A DNA stretch of 64,000 nucleotides, from NCBI GenBank assembly GCA_036172245.1, contig JAYWIR010000007.1, forward strand, positions 3,100,001 through 3,164,000. Reading direction: 5' to 3'. This stretch comes from Raillietiella orientalis (Eukaryota). Both the position numbers and the translations under genes were made by a program. The notes under the pieces were generated by a model. The model searched no databases and was not told the origin of the DNA. It was given only the letters and a program-made list of their open reading frames with translations. Positions 40,201 to 51,299 of the stretch are shown here, piece by piece; within the stretch, counting starts at the first letter, position 1; each line of letters opens with the position of its first letter.

Positions 40201-41507
40201 GCCCAGCAGCCATTGGCGAGATACTGCGGCAGCAGATGCCACCCCTGCCGCTGTCATTGCTATGTCACGCGCCCGAGAGCAGCGACCGAACTCCATCTTT
40301 CACCGGTTCTCCTTCTGTCGACTTGCGGCTGCCCTCTGCCAAGGGGTGGCCTTTTTAGAAGGAAAGCTGGGTCCTTCGACGTCCGCTATACGAGGACGAG
40401 CCGTTTGGAGCATGAAAGCGCGGTTCCACCTTCCGGCGGGCTGGTCGTGCCTTGTCCCGTAGCCATAGCAAGATTCCTAACTTGAGAGCCCCCTTTTTGC
40501 ATGAAGCCAGAAGCCACCTCGTGCCGATGAGAGGAGGAAGGCCCTTGCCGAGAGAGCACCAAGATCCTCTGCACCGGAAAACACTTTTTTCCTGCGCCGC
40601 TCGACCGGGGTCGCTAAGGGGACAAGGGGAGGATCAGAGGCTCCTCTGCATCTTCTCAGCCTCTTCTAAACCTCCAAATGAATATCATCAACATCCCCGA
40701 GGAAAGAAGCTGTGGCTGGTTATTTAAGGAGAGGGAGAAGAACAAGTTCAGCCAGCAGCGCCGTGTCTCAGCAGTCTCCTTCGCTTTTACCCCTGTCGCG
40801 CTCAACAGCATCCTTTCAAAAAAGGATTTGCGGCTTCCCCCCTTCTTCGATCGTGTGTAGCCGATGTGCTCCAGAGTCTACTGGACCCAAATAAGGTGGC
40901 TTCTTTGCAAATAGGTATACGCCTGAGAATCAAGAAGTGCCGAAGACCCCAATGACAAGTGCATGGCATTTGCGTCCTCTCGGGTGAGCTGCCCGTCTTG
41001 CAGCCTCGAAGGTCATTCTGCAGCACGGAGCAGTGGGATTCCTGAAGAGGTCGTCCTGTGCCACGTGGCATGGATCTCATCATGCTGCGCTGAAGAATCT
41101 GCTGCTGAACGTCACCCAATTGCAGCCTTCTAGTCTCTGGCATATTCTTATTAACAAAGAGTTTCTTCATGTCTACACAAGTGAAAAATTTCTTTTCTAC
41201 ATGTCCCAGGAAACTCTGAAGAATGAGTCGAAGAAAAGAGAGACAAGTGCCGCGGCTGCTCGGTCGTACTTCCAGGCACCCTTGCATGCTCCCTATTCCA
41301 CATTGAAAACTTTCGAGATCCATCGAAGGAATCTCAGCAGGTGACCTCAAGGGTCTGCGCGCTAAGAGCGAAAGACTTCCCTGCCTCTCGTGGATGATGC
41401 ACTGCTGGTTTCCCGAGTTGTCTGAGAGTTCTGCCAGCTTCACAGTGGCACGAGCGAGCTCTCACGACTTCTTCAGGAGCATTCCAAGATGGTTCCTGGA
41501 GTTCCTC

Positions 41508-41727
41508 TCACAGCCTGCTCTCGAGGACGATTCTCTTCAGCATGGCGTGCCTGCTACGAGAGCTCAGCGACCGCGTAGAATTGGTCCTCCAGCTCAGACT
41601 CCTGCTCTCCTCTATGGTGGACCTTTGTGACCTCAGCTGCGAAGTAAATCTTCTCCAGAAGAGCACTTTTGCGAAGGCTTTTCTGAACTTCTTCGACATC
41701 GCGCTGTAAAGAAATGGGTTGATGGCA
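41508..41727 (-). CDS. TRHR/EFLaR-like GPCR paralogue B, last coding exon
   Basis: Acceptor GCTTTTTTTCTTTCAG|T, phase 2. Reads SAINPFLYSAMSKKFRKAFAKVLF...IVLESRL-stop. Intron 41728-47921 (6.2 kb) is at the same position as in paralogue A. Confidence 0.92.
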
Positions 41728-42259
41728 CTGAAAGAAAAAAAGCACACTGATAGCATCTTGAATCCAAGCTCACGACACCAACGCAGTCAATTTGTTGCGG
41801 GGGTGCAGAGATGACCGGTCGAGTTGGAGTCACCACCTTATGTAGTCAGGAAGGCGTCCGGTAGAGATCGATAATTTTCTTCATCGCCACTCCCCACCCA
41901 CTTTACCCGTGTGCGCTCGGAAAGCACGGGCCGCTCCGTTGTCTCCCGCGCGCGCTCTTCACCTCATTTCTTGAAAACGAGATACGAAGGGGACAGTGTG
42001 CGTGGAGGGAGCGCCGAGGACTTGAGTCGGCAAGTCCACGACCGACGTCACTGCCCGGCCGTGAAGGCCCCAGCATAGCAATCCAAGTGAACCTAAGATG
42101 AGCGCGAGTCGGGGAGCAAGCGAGACCAGCTGACGCGATTGGAAGAGCAGTCAACGAAGAGGGAAGGGGTCTGGCAGTGATCTCCTTTTATCCGATGTAG
42201 ATAGGATGATGGAAATCCTTTGGGTTCTTTTTTTCCCGTCTTCGCTGTTCCTCTTCCAA

Positions 42260-43055
42260 CTTTTTTTTTCCTTTTTTGGTTCTCTAAGTACCTCAAGAGC
42301 CGTCGCCACCTCGCGGATCACGCAGCTCTTTAACGCTGTTCCACGCCACCGGAAGGTGCGTGTAATTCTTCAACATAGGGTATACTCGGGAAGGAGTCCG
42401 CCTATGAATCCAGAAAGGGCTCGGAGTCCGTTCTCTCACGCCTAGGAAGGGAATCCCCGGAATGGAGATGAACTCCACCCTGGTTGTCTTCAAAGGGGAA
42501 CCTCGAAGGGAATCTCCTTCCTCATTCTCTTCGGAGGGACCCCGGAGAGGTCCGCTCCATTTTTCCCCGCCGAAGGGATCCGGAAGGATCCTCTACTAGG
42601 AATTTCTTCTCCGGAGGGAACCCGCAAGGGAACCTCTCCTGTTTACTCCTCCTCTGTAGAGAACCCCGAAGAGACCCTTCCGAAATTCAGAAGGGCACTG
42701 CTTCCCCGAAGGAATCGGCTCGTTTCTCTGCATTCTCTGAAGAGATACTCCATCTGAACTACATGGAGAGGTCCTCCACGGGGAAGGGGTCCGTTCCTTT
42801 GCGCAACTGGAGAGGGAACTCCCCACTCGTTGATTCCTGGATGGACCCGAAGATCGACTCCCGGCCCTCACCGGGGCTATCCGGTTTGAACCGCTACCAG
42901 TGCCACACCCGAATGAATGGAGTCCTACCAGCACCATCTTACGGGAGGAGCTCGAACCCACTATGCACTGCGTCGATTTTTTTTGGAGTATTCGAACGCG
43001 CGGCGCATGATGCCACGCGCAGAGACCACCGTAACCACACGGCCTCCGACGCGGG
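42260..43055 (-). mobile_element. Composite tRNA-derived SINE, copy 3 (most diverged; expanded internal minisatellite)
   Basis: Head on -: GGAGGCCGTGTGGTTACGG...GCGTTCGAATAC, then a second GGGTTCGAGCTCC. Tail GCGTTAAAGAGCT...GAGAACCAAAAAAGGAAAAAAAAA matches copies 1 and 4. Confidence 0.7.
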
Positions 43056-43079
43056 CACTGGCATGTGATCTCCTTTTAT

Positions 43080-43750
43080 CAGTCGTTGACATCGCATGCA
43101 CTCTCCAAGATCTGGTGGGTCTGCAGTGTCGATCGCTGGCCCTGAGGCTTTCGCGTGCACTCCGAGGATGGCTCCACACTGCCTTTTCTCGGACACCTTT
43201 TCTCGGTTCCACGACAGGGAGGGTGGGAGGTCCTTCCAGCAGCAGGTCATCTTTGTGTTCTTCCCAGCAACACACTGCCCCTTCCGTTTACAATTCGCCA
43301 CGAAGGTTTGGCACTTTTCTTGCGTTCCACTCCGAGTAATCTGACGAGGTCTTTCAGCGCAGCTTCCGGGGATTTTCCCGCAACAGCTGCTGGTTCCTTC
43401 TCGGTTTCGATGGAGAACGATAAGAGTAAGAGAGGAACTGAAGAGGAAAAAGTGGCAGATGGGAGAATTAAGTAGTTATTTTCTTCGTTTCCATGCCCAT
43501 GGCACAGCGACCTCCCGGGGGAGACACAGCCACCTTCTGGTCTTCCTGTGCAAGCAAATCCCGTGGGAAAGGCGACAGCACATGTCATCACTCTCAAGCT
43601 GCTGCAGACAAAACGTCCAGGGTCCCGGCTTACCATGGACCTTCAAAGGGAGGCGATCGGTCGGTCGACTCGAGTCGACCCGATGGAGACGGAAAAAGCG
43701 AAGTCCGTCGCGCGGATCCTCCACTGCTTTCAATCAAAAACGAGGAAGGT
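43080..43750 (-). mobile_element. Decayed LINE RT N-terminal fragment
   Basis: PAAVAGKSPEAALKDLVRLL...WRIVNGRGS resembles the RPISLL...SKxLE...QxGFxxGRS region. Weak. Confidence 0.25.
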
Positions 43751-44449
43751 AGTTCGCTCTTTGGCAAGTACCCGTGCGGAACGCACCCCCGCCTGGCTTC
43801 CTTCGTTTGCTGTTCAGAGTGGCCGCAAGTCAGCAGGGGGACCGAAAGTCCAGGGCAAAGAAGATGCCAAAGCATTCTAGTCTCCTGTCTGGGTCCAGCT
43901 TGGCGAAGGAATGAATCATTTGAGAAATCCGCCAGGTGCTTCCATCTTTGCCTTCACGCGGCGGAAGTGTGGAGCGTCGGGCTTGGAAGCTGCTGTGGGT
44001 GTCAACAGCCGCTGGAGAGCGAAGCGCGTTCTGGACCGCACGCGGCGAGCACGAAGGAAGAGGGACGTCATCTTTCTTCTCTGGACTGAGGGCCAGGCTT
44101 CCAGTAAAGTGCTCCGAGTTTCTCACGTGCTAGTGGATTTTCCATATTGGAGTGACAGCTGGGTGCGCAGCTCAAAAGTTACTTCTACTGCATATGCTCG
44201 AGAGTAGACACTGAATCAGGAACCAAAGTCTGAAGATCAGGATAGGGCATAATGAATTTTTGCTTTAATCTGATAGAGTGACGTTCATTTCCAGATTTTC
44301 GCTCATGAGACGTTTTCCTGGCTTATTTCTACTCTTCTATGCACTCTGCTAGGAATTCTTCGACTTCATCCAGAAGATGGGCAATGTTGAATGATGTTGA
44401 ATGTCAGCGAAACTACGAGGAGGATCGATGAAGCTGATGAGCACCGCCC

Positions 44450-46000
44450 TATGAAGAACGGTCTCAGTTCAGTAGCTTTGCTGTCCAAAGGGGATCGTCC
44501 ATCGTAGCATTTTCTTCTCAGGTTCTTTGTCCAGTTCTTCTTGCATGGAAAGGTGGTTCCAGAGCAATCGAAACTTTTGGAACATTCGCACTTCCACGCA
44601 CCATTCTAACTCGACAGGAAGACTTCCTTCTTGAGATTGTGGAACAATCCCCAGTATGCAGCCACTTTGTGAGAATGCCTACTTACTCCATCAGCTCTTT
44701 TTCCTTCAAAATTAATGAGCAAAGAGCTCTGTCTGACGATTTAGAGCTCTGTTGTGTGACTCGTAAGAGTGCTGTCACCAGCACAAAATCCTTAGCATTC
44801 CTCAGGAAGAGAGAAATTTCCTCAGGTCAGACTCTCCCGAGAGCAACGAGGAAAAATCCACGATCGGCTTCAGTCGTGCGTTTCCATCATCATGGATCTC
44901 AGGAGGCAGAGAAGCAGAGATGTTTTCAGAGACCTTGGAATTCCACTCGGCGGTAGGTGCGACTCTCACGAAGGCGTTCTCAACAGGGAGAACAGGTGAG
45001 ACCCTTGGTGAAGGATGTAGATAGGAAAGGATCATTTCTTCCCCTTTTCTGTCCGGGCACTTCAGAAGACCGACCGACCCACAGCCGAGGCGAATGCAGA
45101 CACAGCTAAAGGAAATCAGGCACGCCCCTCTCTGGAGCAAGCAGCCATCTGAAGCCTTGCATCCGCGAATACCTCCGCGCGTATCCTCTTTGACGTTCTT
45201 GGAGAAGAGACCCTTTCGTAGGAGAAGACGGATTCACCTGTTTACGAGGGATCTCGATCATATTTTGCAGAAGGGGGAGGTTCGGTTGCGAGAGGCCGCC
45301 TTCTTCACAGGGGGAGGAGGCACTTCATGGAGTTCCCGTCTTAAGAAATGTGCTAAACTTTCTAGCTATTTTGGCAGACAGATGGGAACCGTCGTATAAA
45401 TTGCAGGCTAGAAGAGGAGGTAAAGAAATGCCCTACTCGGAGCGGCTTACGCATGGCGGCCATGGCGGGCGTCAATTATTCACAGCTCCCGCATTGATTT
45501 GCTACGCGTTTCCCTCCTCGGGATGCTCAGCCGGTCGCCCGGGTGAGTTCCTTGAGAGAAAATTGATGGGAGAGAGGGACGAAAATTCCAAAATCAGGTG
45601 TAGCATGGATCCTTACGGTTTGCTCCAGGAGAAGGAGGAGCAGGTGTGGAGGGCGAGTAGGAGGAGGAACTCCAGGGAATTGCATGAAGCGCTTCTCCCT
45701 CCGGACTAAGGGAAGCTTTTCCGCATGCAGTGAGGCCGCGAGGGAGGACTTCGGGATGGCAACATTCGATTGACGGAGTCCACCGGAGCGCTCGGTAAGT
45801 GGACATGCAGCGCACCAACCGGGGGTATTAGGAACTTCCCTCGGGAAACCCGCGAGTGCTGTGCTTCTTTGTAGAGATCTGTGAAGGTGGTGAGCATCTC
45901 CCAGCCACCTGCCCATTTGATGGTTCAGCGTTGGCGACACGATTTGTTGCACTCCCGATTTTTGGAATGGGACTATCGGCATGAGGGAAAAAAGTATTTG
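44450..46000 (-). mobile_element. Decayed CR1/L2-like LINE RT and 3' region
   Basis: ORF 45527-45982(-) has FPGVPPPTRPPHLLLLLL (GVPQGSxLGPLLFL-like). LLWNHL (WNxLP) occurs near 44555. Confidence 0.45.
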
Positions 46001-47921
46001 GACTGTACACTAAGCACACAGACTTGAGGAGTGTTACCTCATTCTGAGACTTCTCTCACGCTCTTCAGCTCGAGTGCTGTTCGGAGATGGGCAGGCAGAA
46101 GGCAACGAAAGAAAAGCTATCCGAAAGTATTCCAGCTTCACTCACCAATTGGTGTGGCTTCCCTTCTAGGAAGCTCGAGCTGTCCCACGGAAACAAGTGG
46201 CGCAGTTTTTCCTGATTTTAGCACCACAAAGAAGCTTGCAAAAGGGACCTGAATTTCACCTCTGACAGGTAGTTGGAAGAGCCTTCCAGTGTCAGGAAGC
46301 TATGCATTCGAAAATTGCTTCTCGCCATGCCAGGTTTTCTTCTGAGAAACATTTCTTCGTTCAGTGAAGTCGATTTGATTTAATGACTTGCAGGGAATTT
46401 CGTTTTCTTTCTTTCTTTCTTTCTTTTCGATCGATTTCCATGGCTGCGCAGTCATCCTGGATGCAAAAAATGACTCTTCCGTGCCAATCAGCATCTGCGA
46501 TCGTTATAGTCAGTTAATTTCTTATTCTTTTCTTTAACAACTCTTTGGCATACGGATGCGCTCTTTAGAGTGAGAGAAAGAAGGGATGCATGTTGGTCTT
46601 TTCGTATCCCACGGAAACGCTCTGGAGACTGTTTTACCTTCTCTGAATCCACGAATTTGCATATGCTTATATCCGGTTGATACTTCATCAGAAAGCTTCA
46701 GAGTTTGCTGAACTCAACTTATCACCAAATAAAACGTCATGTGTTTCCCTGTTGCATGAAACATCCGCTCTGGTTCTACGCTGGCAGGTACTCAGAACGT
46801 GGTCCTGATCCAAACGAACCTCCACCGAGCAGTGGCCATTTTTTGAGATTCTTGAAAGTCCCACTGAACTGAGATACCACTTTCTCTCCGAGGAGAGAGC
46901 GTAACCAAAGGGATGAAGAGGGCTTCTACGCTGCAAGCCACACGGATTCCTTCATGTTCATAGCCTTGCTGAATCCTTGGGAGACATGTACTGAGGAAGC
47001 TGTGGCAACGTCAGTCGACTCGAAGAGATGCAGGCACTTTGTATGACAAAGAAAGTCTGTTTTCTTGTGATTGATCCATGTTTTCCGTCTTTACATGTGT
47101 TCATCTGTTCCCTGCGATCCGTGTGCTGCAATGGAAAAAGCGTTGTTTGCCGAGCACTCGAGCCATAGTTGAGGGATTCAAGCAAACCTTTGAGGATTAC
47201 TGCTTCGATGTTTGTTCTGAATAGGCGGCAGCTGCAGATCAGTCCTTCTCGTTATGTTTCTCGCATGCCTCTGTTTCCTTTCTTTGTTTTCTCAAACTTT
47301 CGGACTTTTATGGTATCGCCTGGATGTCGCACTTCTCATGGGAGTTTTCGTTATGCTTGCGTCACAACCTCTCCGTAGCTCACACTCGAAAACTTTTCTC
47401 GTAAAGAACCTCTTCAGAGGATGTTAAGGAAAAAAAAAAAAGGACCCAGTAGTTGACCTTAACAGCTCCATTTCTAATGAACACATTCTCGAAAGATTGT
47501 GGACATAAACAGCAATTTCAGGAACTGACAAAGGAACAAGTGAGACCGTTGAGAAGAAGACATCGGACAAGTATCAGCTTGGGGAACTCGAATTTACGTT
47601 TGTGAAGAGAAAAAAGAGAGTCTGAGGAGACCCAGATGGTAGTTAGCAGGCAAAACCTCCTTCTAGACTGTAGAAAAGAAGCTGCTAATTTGAAAGTACG
47701 GAATCATAAAATCGGAGCCTGTAATGCTTCAGCTGCAAGCTTCAGGAAAGGCAGTGGTGCTGCACACACAGCATCCCAGCCGCCGGGTTGAGAACGAAGA
47801 GGATGCTTGACTGATGCACACCTTTCAAGAAAGACAAAGCAGATCCGCCCGCAAAAGTGCCTTCCCGAACGATTTCGAGCCCAATTTCTCGCATGGCAGA
47901 TCTTTCATGACCATGTTTTAC

Positions 47922-48076
47922 CTGTTTATGTAGACACATGTTTTGGCAAACATCAAAAACCAAAGGTCCATGAACTTCTTTTCTGGGCTTGCAAAGCTGT
48001 TGTACACAAGCATTCCCCGGTAAGGAATCCACAGAAAGGCGAATATGGTCACAACAGCAACCAGCATCTTTACAAC
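47922..48076 (-). CDS. TRHR/EFLaR-like GPCR paralogue B, penultimate coding exon (TM6-ECL3-TM7)
   Basis: 155-nt exon between acceptor TGTTCTTGCAG| and donor AACAG|GTAAAA. Reads VVKMLVAVVTIFAFLWIPYRGMLVYNSFASPEKKFMDLWFLMFAKTCVYIN-S; 34/42 aa identical to exon 1-128. Confidence 0.93.
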
Positions 48077-48504
48077 CTGCAAGAACATCCTGTCAGCAAC
48101 CCACCTCAGCATCCTTTCTTGTGTCAAAATCAATGTAAGTAGCGAAAAGTATGCATTAATCAAGGAGTCCGTGAAGGATAAAGGGGGTGGGGAACTCATA
48201 GTGCAGAATGACACTTTGTCATGATTTTATGATTCCCTTTTCCGGCGATGAACAAGCACTTGGCTTCATCGGATCACTTCGGAAAGAGCAATGACCGTGA
48301 CTGCGACCGATCGAGAAGTCTTCACTTCGTGGTGGCTTGGAAATGGAGGACAGCTTGATTTCAGGCTTCCATTCGTTTGCAGCCTTCTGCACGAATACGG
48401 AGAGCGGGCAAAGACACTGTGCTTCGGTTCAAGCGGTTTGGGCGCAGCGTGCACGACAGGGGAGGGAGGAAGAATGTTCTGATGGGACAAGTCAAAACCA
48501 GGAG

Positions 48505-48580
48505 GAAAATTCCTCCCCGGGAGGCATTCGAACCTCCTGAACTGCTCTGCTCTGATGCGTTCGTTTAAACCACGCGAAGG
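48505..48580 (-). mobile_element. tRNA-derived SINE head (different family) or tRNA pseudogene
   Basis: Minus strand CGCGTGGTTTAAACG...GGAGGTTCGAATGCCTCC has A-box and B-box motifs and a T-arm hairpin. I cannot fold a complete cloverleaf. Confidence 0.5.
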
Positions 48581-49122
48581 GCAAGGCCAGAGTGGTACTC
48601 AAGACGTCAGCGAAGAAGCGGCCTCTCCCGGAATGGGCAGCGTTTCGAGGTGGTTGCCAAGCACGGAGACGGCACGCAGGGTGGAAAGCGTGAAAGCAAC
48701 AGGTGCTCTGCGAGCGTGTAATGCGCACTCTTAGGAGGAAGACCGTGCAAAGTGGATACCCCGTACTGCGCGTTGGATGTTGTAGGAGGGGAGTCGACGG
48801 GGCACTCCAGGTTGGCACAGAAACGGATTTGGAGGGATCCTTTCATGACGCGGGATTGGGTTCGTGCTTGACCAGCCTACGAAGTCCATCACGCGAGCAC
48901 CAGCCGTCGGTTTCGGGAGTGTTTTAGCGCAAAGGAGATAAAAGGGGTTTTTTATACTGTCTCTTTGCGTGCATAGGAAGTATTTTAGTGTCGCTTTTCT
49001 CTCATATGAAAAAAACCAACATAGATGTGGAAGTGACGAAGGATATGAGTCACATATACATCTGACGCTGGGGGGAATTGGGTTCTTTTGGGTTCTTTCA
49101 TCTTTTCTGCTTCCCTTCCAGC

Positions 49123-49745
49123 TTTTTTTCTTTTTTTCTTCTGGTTCTCCAAGTGCAGAAGAACTGCTCGCCTCCTCGAGCGGGGCTTATGAAGCTCTTT
49201 AACACTGTCGGCGCCGCCGGAGGGTACACATAACTCTTCAAGTTAGGGGATGCCCAATCCTCGTTTCTTTTCCGAAGAAACCCGTTAAGGATCTGCTCCT
49301 GCATTTTGGGGCCTGAAGGAACCACTTCCTGCTTCCTCCTCTGAAGAGAATCCAGCAAGGATGCTTCCGAATTTCCCTGAAGGGCGTTCCCCGAAGGAAG
49401 CAGAGCACTTCTAACACCCCTCGAAGGTGGCATCAACCAGCTCCACGGTACGCGATGGAGGGTACCCCCGAGGAAAGGGCGATGACTCCATTTTCACAAT
49501 CGGAGGAGAACCCCGAAGAACTCCTAGGTTACTGGAAGGACCCCAGAGGGTCCTGGCCAGTCAACGGAAACTTTCGGTTTCCGGCTTCCCACCAGCGCTG
49601 CTCCCAAAGCCCAACCAGCGTCATTCTGAGGGGGGACTCGAAACAAGCGACGCACACATTTCTCGGCGTCAAGATCATTCAGATGGGGGATTCGAACCCG
49701 CAACGCTTGGCACCATGCGCGGAGGCCGTAGTCACACGGCCGCGA
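49123..49745 (-). mobile_element. Composite tRNA-derived SINE, copy 4
   Basis: Perfect B-box GGTTCGAATCC on - (49688-49698), A-box-like GGCCGTGTGAC, A-rich tail at 49123-49140, and strong similarity to 11059-11790. Confidence 0.82.
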
Positions 49746-51299
49746 AGAATCGTTCACAGCACTCAGGATTCCCAGGCGACCATCGACCTACTAGCCGGGC
49801 CCGGCGCTGCTTCATTTCGCCGATCCAGAGAGAGACGGCACTTTCAGGGCGGTATGGCTGTGACCAAAAGGTAATATAAAATAATGATCCTTCTGAAGGA
49901 TGTGCTGTATCATAGGAAATGATTTCTCTCGATTCTAATTATAGCCACTGCTCGAAGGCTGTAGCCCCATTACGATGTCTCCACAGTGCTGGTGTGCTTT
50001 TGAGTTTATTAGTTGGACGCTCAATACTTGGGAATTCTTGATCTTGGCTTGACTTAGAGAAGCAGCTTCAGGTAAAAGTTCTTTCTCTACACGCGTTCTC
50101 GTTCTTTGTTTTTGTTTTTGTTTTTTTTTGCATTTATGAAATCAATGAGAAGCATTGGTCAAGTTAAGAGTGATGTGTGAAAGTCCCTTTTATCTTTGGC
50201 GAGCACATCTCATCCATTCCTAGTAGTTCCGTTTCCTGGAGACCATTTATCAGGCACATGTGCTGCATCTCTCAGTAGAAACATTGCAACTATTTTAGAA
50301 GCTTACATGTGACAAGGAAAGTGGCTAAGTAGCCACGTGATGCAACGTCGTGATACAGCTACATGAGATATGATGGCGCCATGGATCCAATAAGACGTCC
50401 CGTTTTCGCGCGGTTGGTATTTCGAGGAAATCACGATGTGGGGTAGCTCAGATGATCAGGCTAGCCACGAGAAGCAATTTATGGTTGAATAAGGGGACCC
50501 AGAAAGGTGGAAAATACAGAGATCCGACACAGGAAACACAGAAATCATCTTGTGAATAGAAAGACGAAAACGCAAGATGAGAAAAAAGTTTCGGATGAAT
50601 CGACGTATCGAAAAAGTCACGTGACGGATTGGGCTTGCTTTGAGATCAAAATTGATTGCCACAGGGTAAAGAAAAAGTGTTCGCACAGCGGAAGGACGAG
50701 ATGAGAAATTTTCGAGCAATATACCTGCTATTTCGTGGCAAGAAAGCATGAAAATTCGCCTCCGAATTTTTTTGGGGCGAAGGGGACGAGGAGGGAGGGA
50801 ATTCCTTCAGAGGAAAAAAAAAAGAAGAAAATGCGACCGAGGTGAACCCAAATGGGAATTGTCTGCCGCAGGAGTGTCTTCGTCGGATAGCACTCCCATG
50901 TTCAACCTTTGAAAGCCTCATTAGTTGGACCTCTGAACGATGGACAGATTAGAGGGAAGAGTGAATGCAGCCACTGCCATGTCGCTTTGATCATATGCGA
51001 GAATGTTTTCAGAGAACCCAGAGGTGGTCTCACACGGAACGAGTGGTCACTCGCCGCATTCGTCTTTTCATCTGCAGGAAAAGCTTCTTCCATGCTTCTG
51101 GGAGTGGAATGCTCACCCTTTCTGCACCTCGGAGTCGACACGCTTTTAAGTGTCCCCGATGGCACGGCACGTTTCGATTTCGATGCAGGAGGGCGCCAGA
51201 CTTACCTTTCCTGGAACCTCGTGCAAAGCAGCCCCTTGAAACACCCGACGAAGATCGTCACATTTGCTCCGCATTATTCCATGAAGTTTCTTTCTTTTC

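Noticed and set aside
40802..41443. 213-aa minus-strand ORF just downstream of paralogue B
   Set aside because: Non-ATG start, different frame from B and no recognisable domain; treated as 3' UTR or intergenic sequence.
42480..42720. CRISPR-like repeat-spacer pattern
   Set aside because: Degenerate tandem minisatellite inside a SINE, with no unique spacers or cas genes, in a eukaryotic context.
48266..48490. Possible ICL3 exon of paralogue B (NILPPSP...KTSRS)
   Set aside because: No good donor site and no TRHR similarity. It lies directly 3' of a tRNA-like SINE head, so it is probably SINE body.
49685..49745. tRNA genes at the B-box sites (also near 11755, 42995 and 48530)
   Set aside because: No complete cloverleaf can be folded, and three of the four are heads of one dispersed repeat.
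51200..51290. Perfect minus-strand donor AAG|GTAAGT as the missing upstream exon of B
   Set aside because: The upstream translation (KLHGIMRSKCDDLRRVFQGAALHEVPGK) has no TM5/ICL3 character and I see no clear acceptor.
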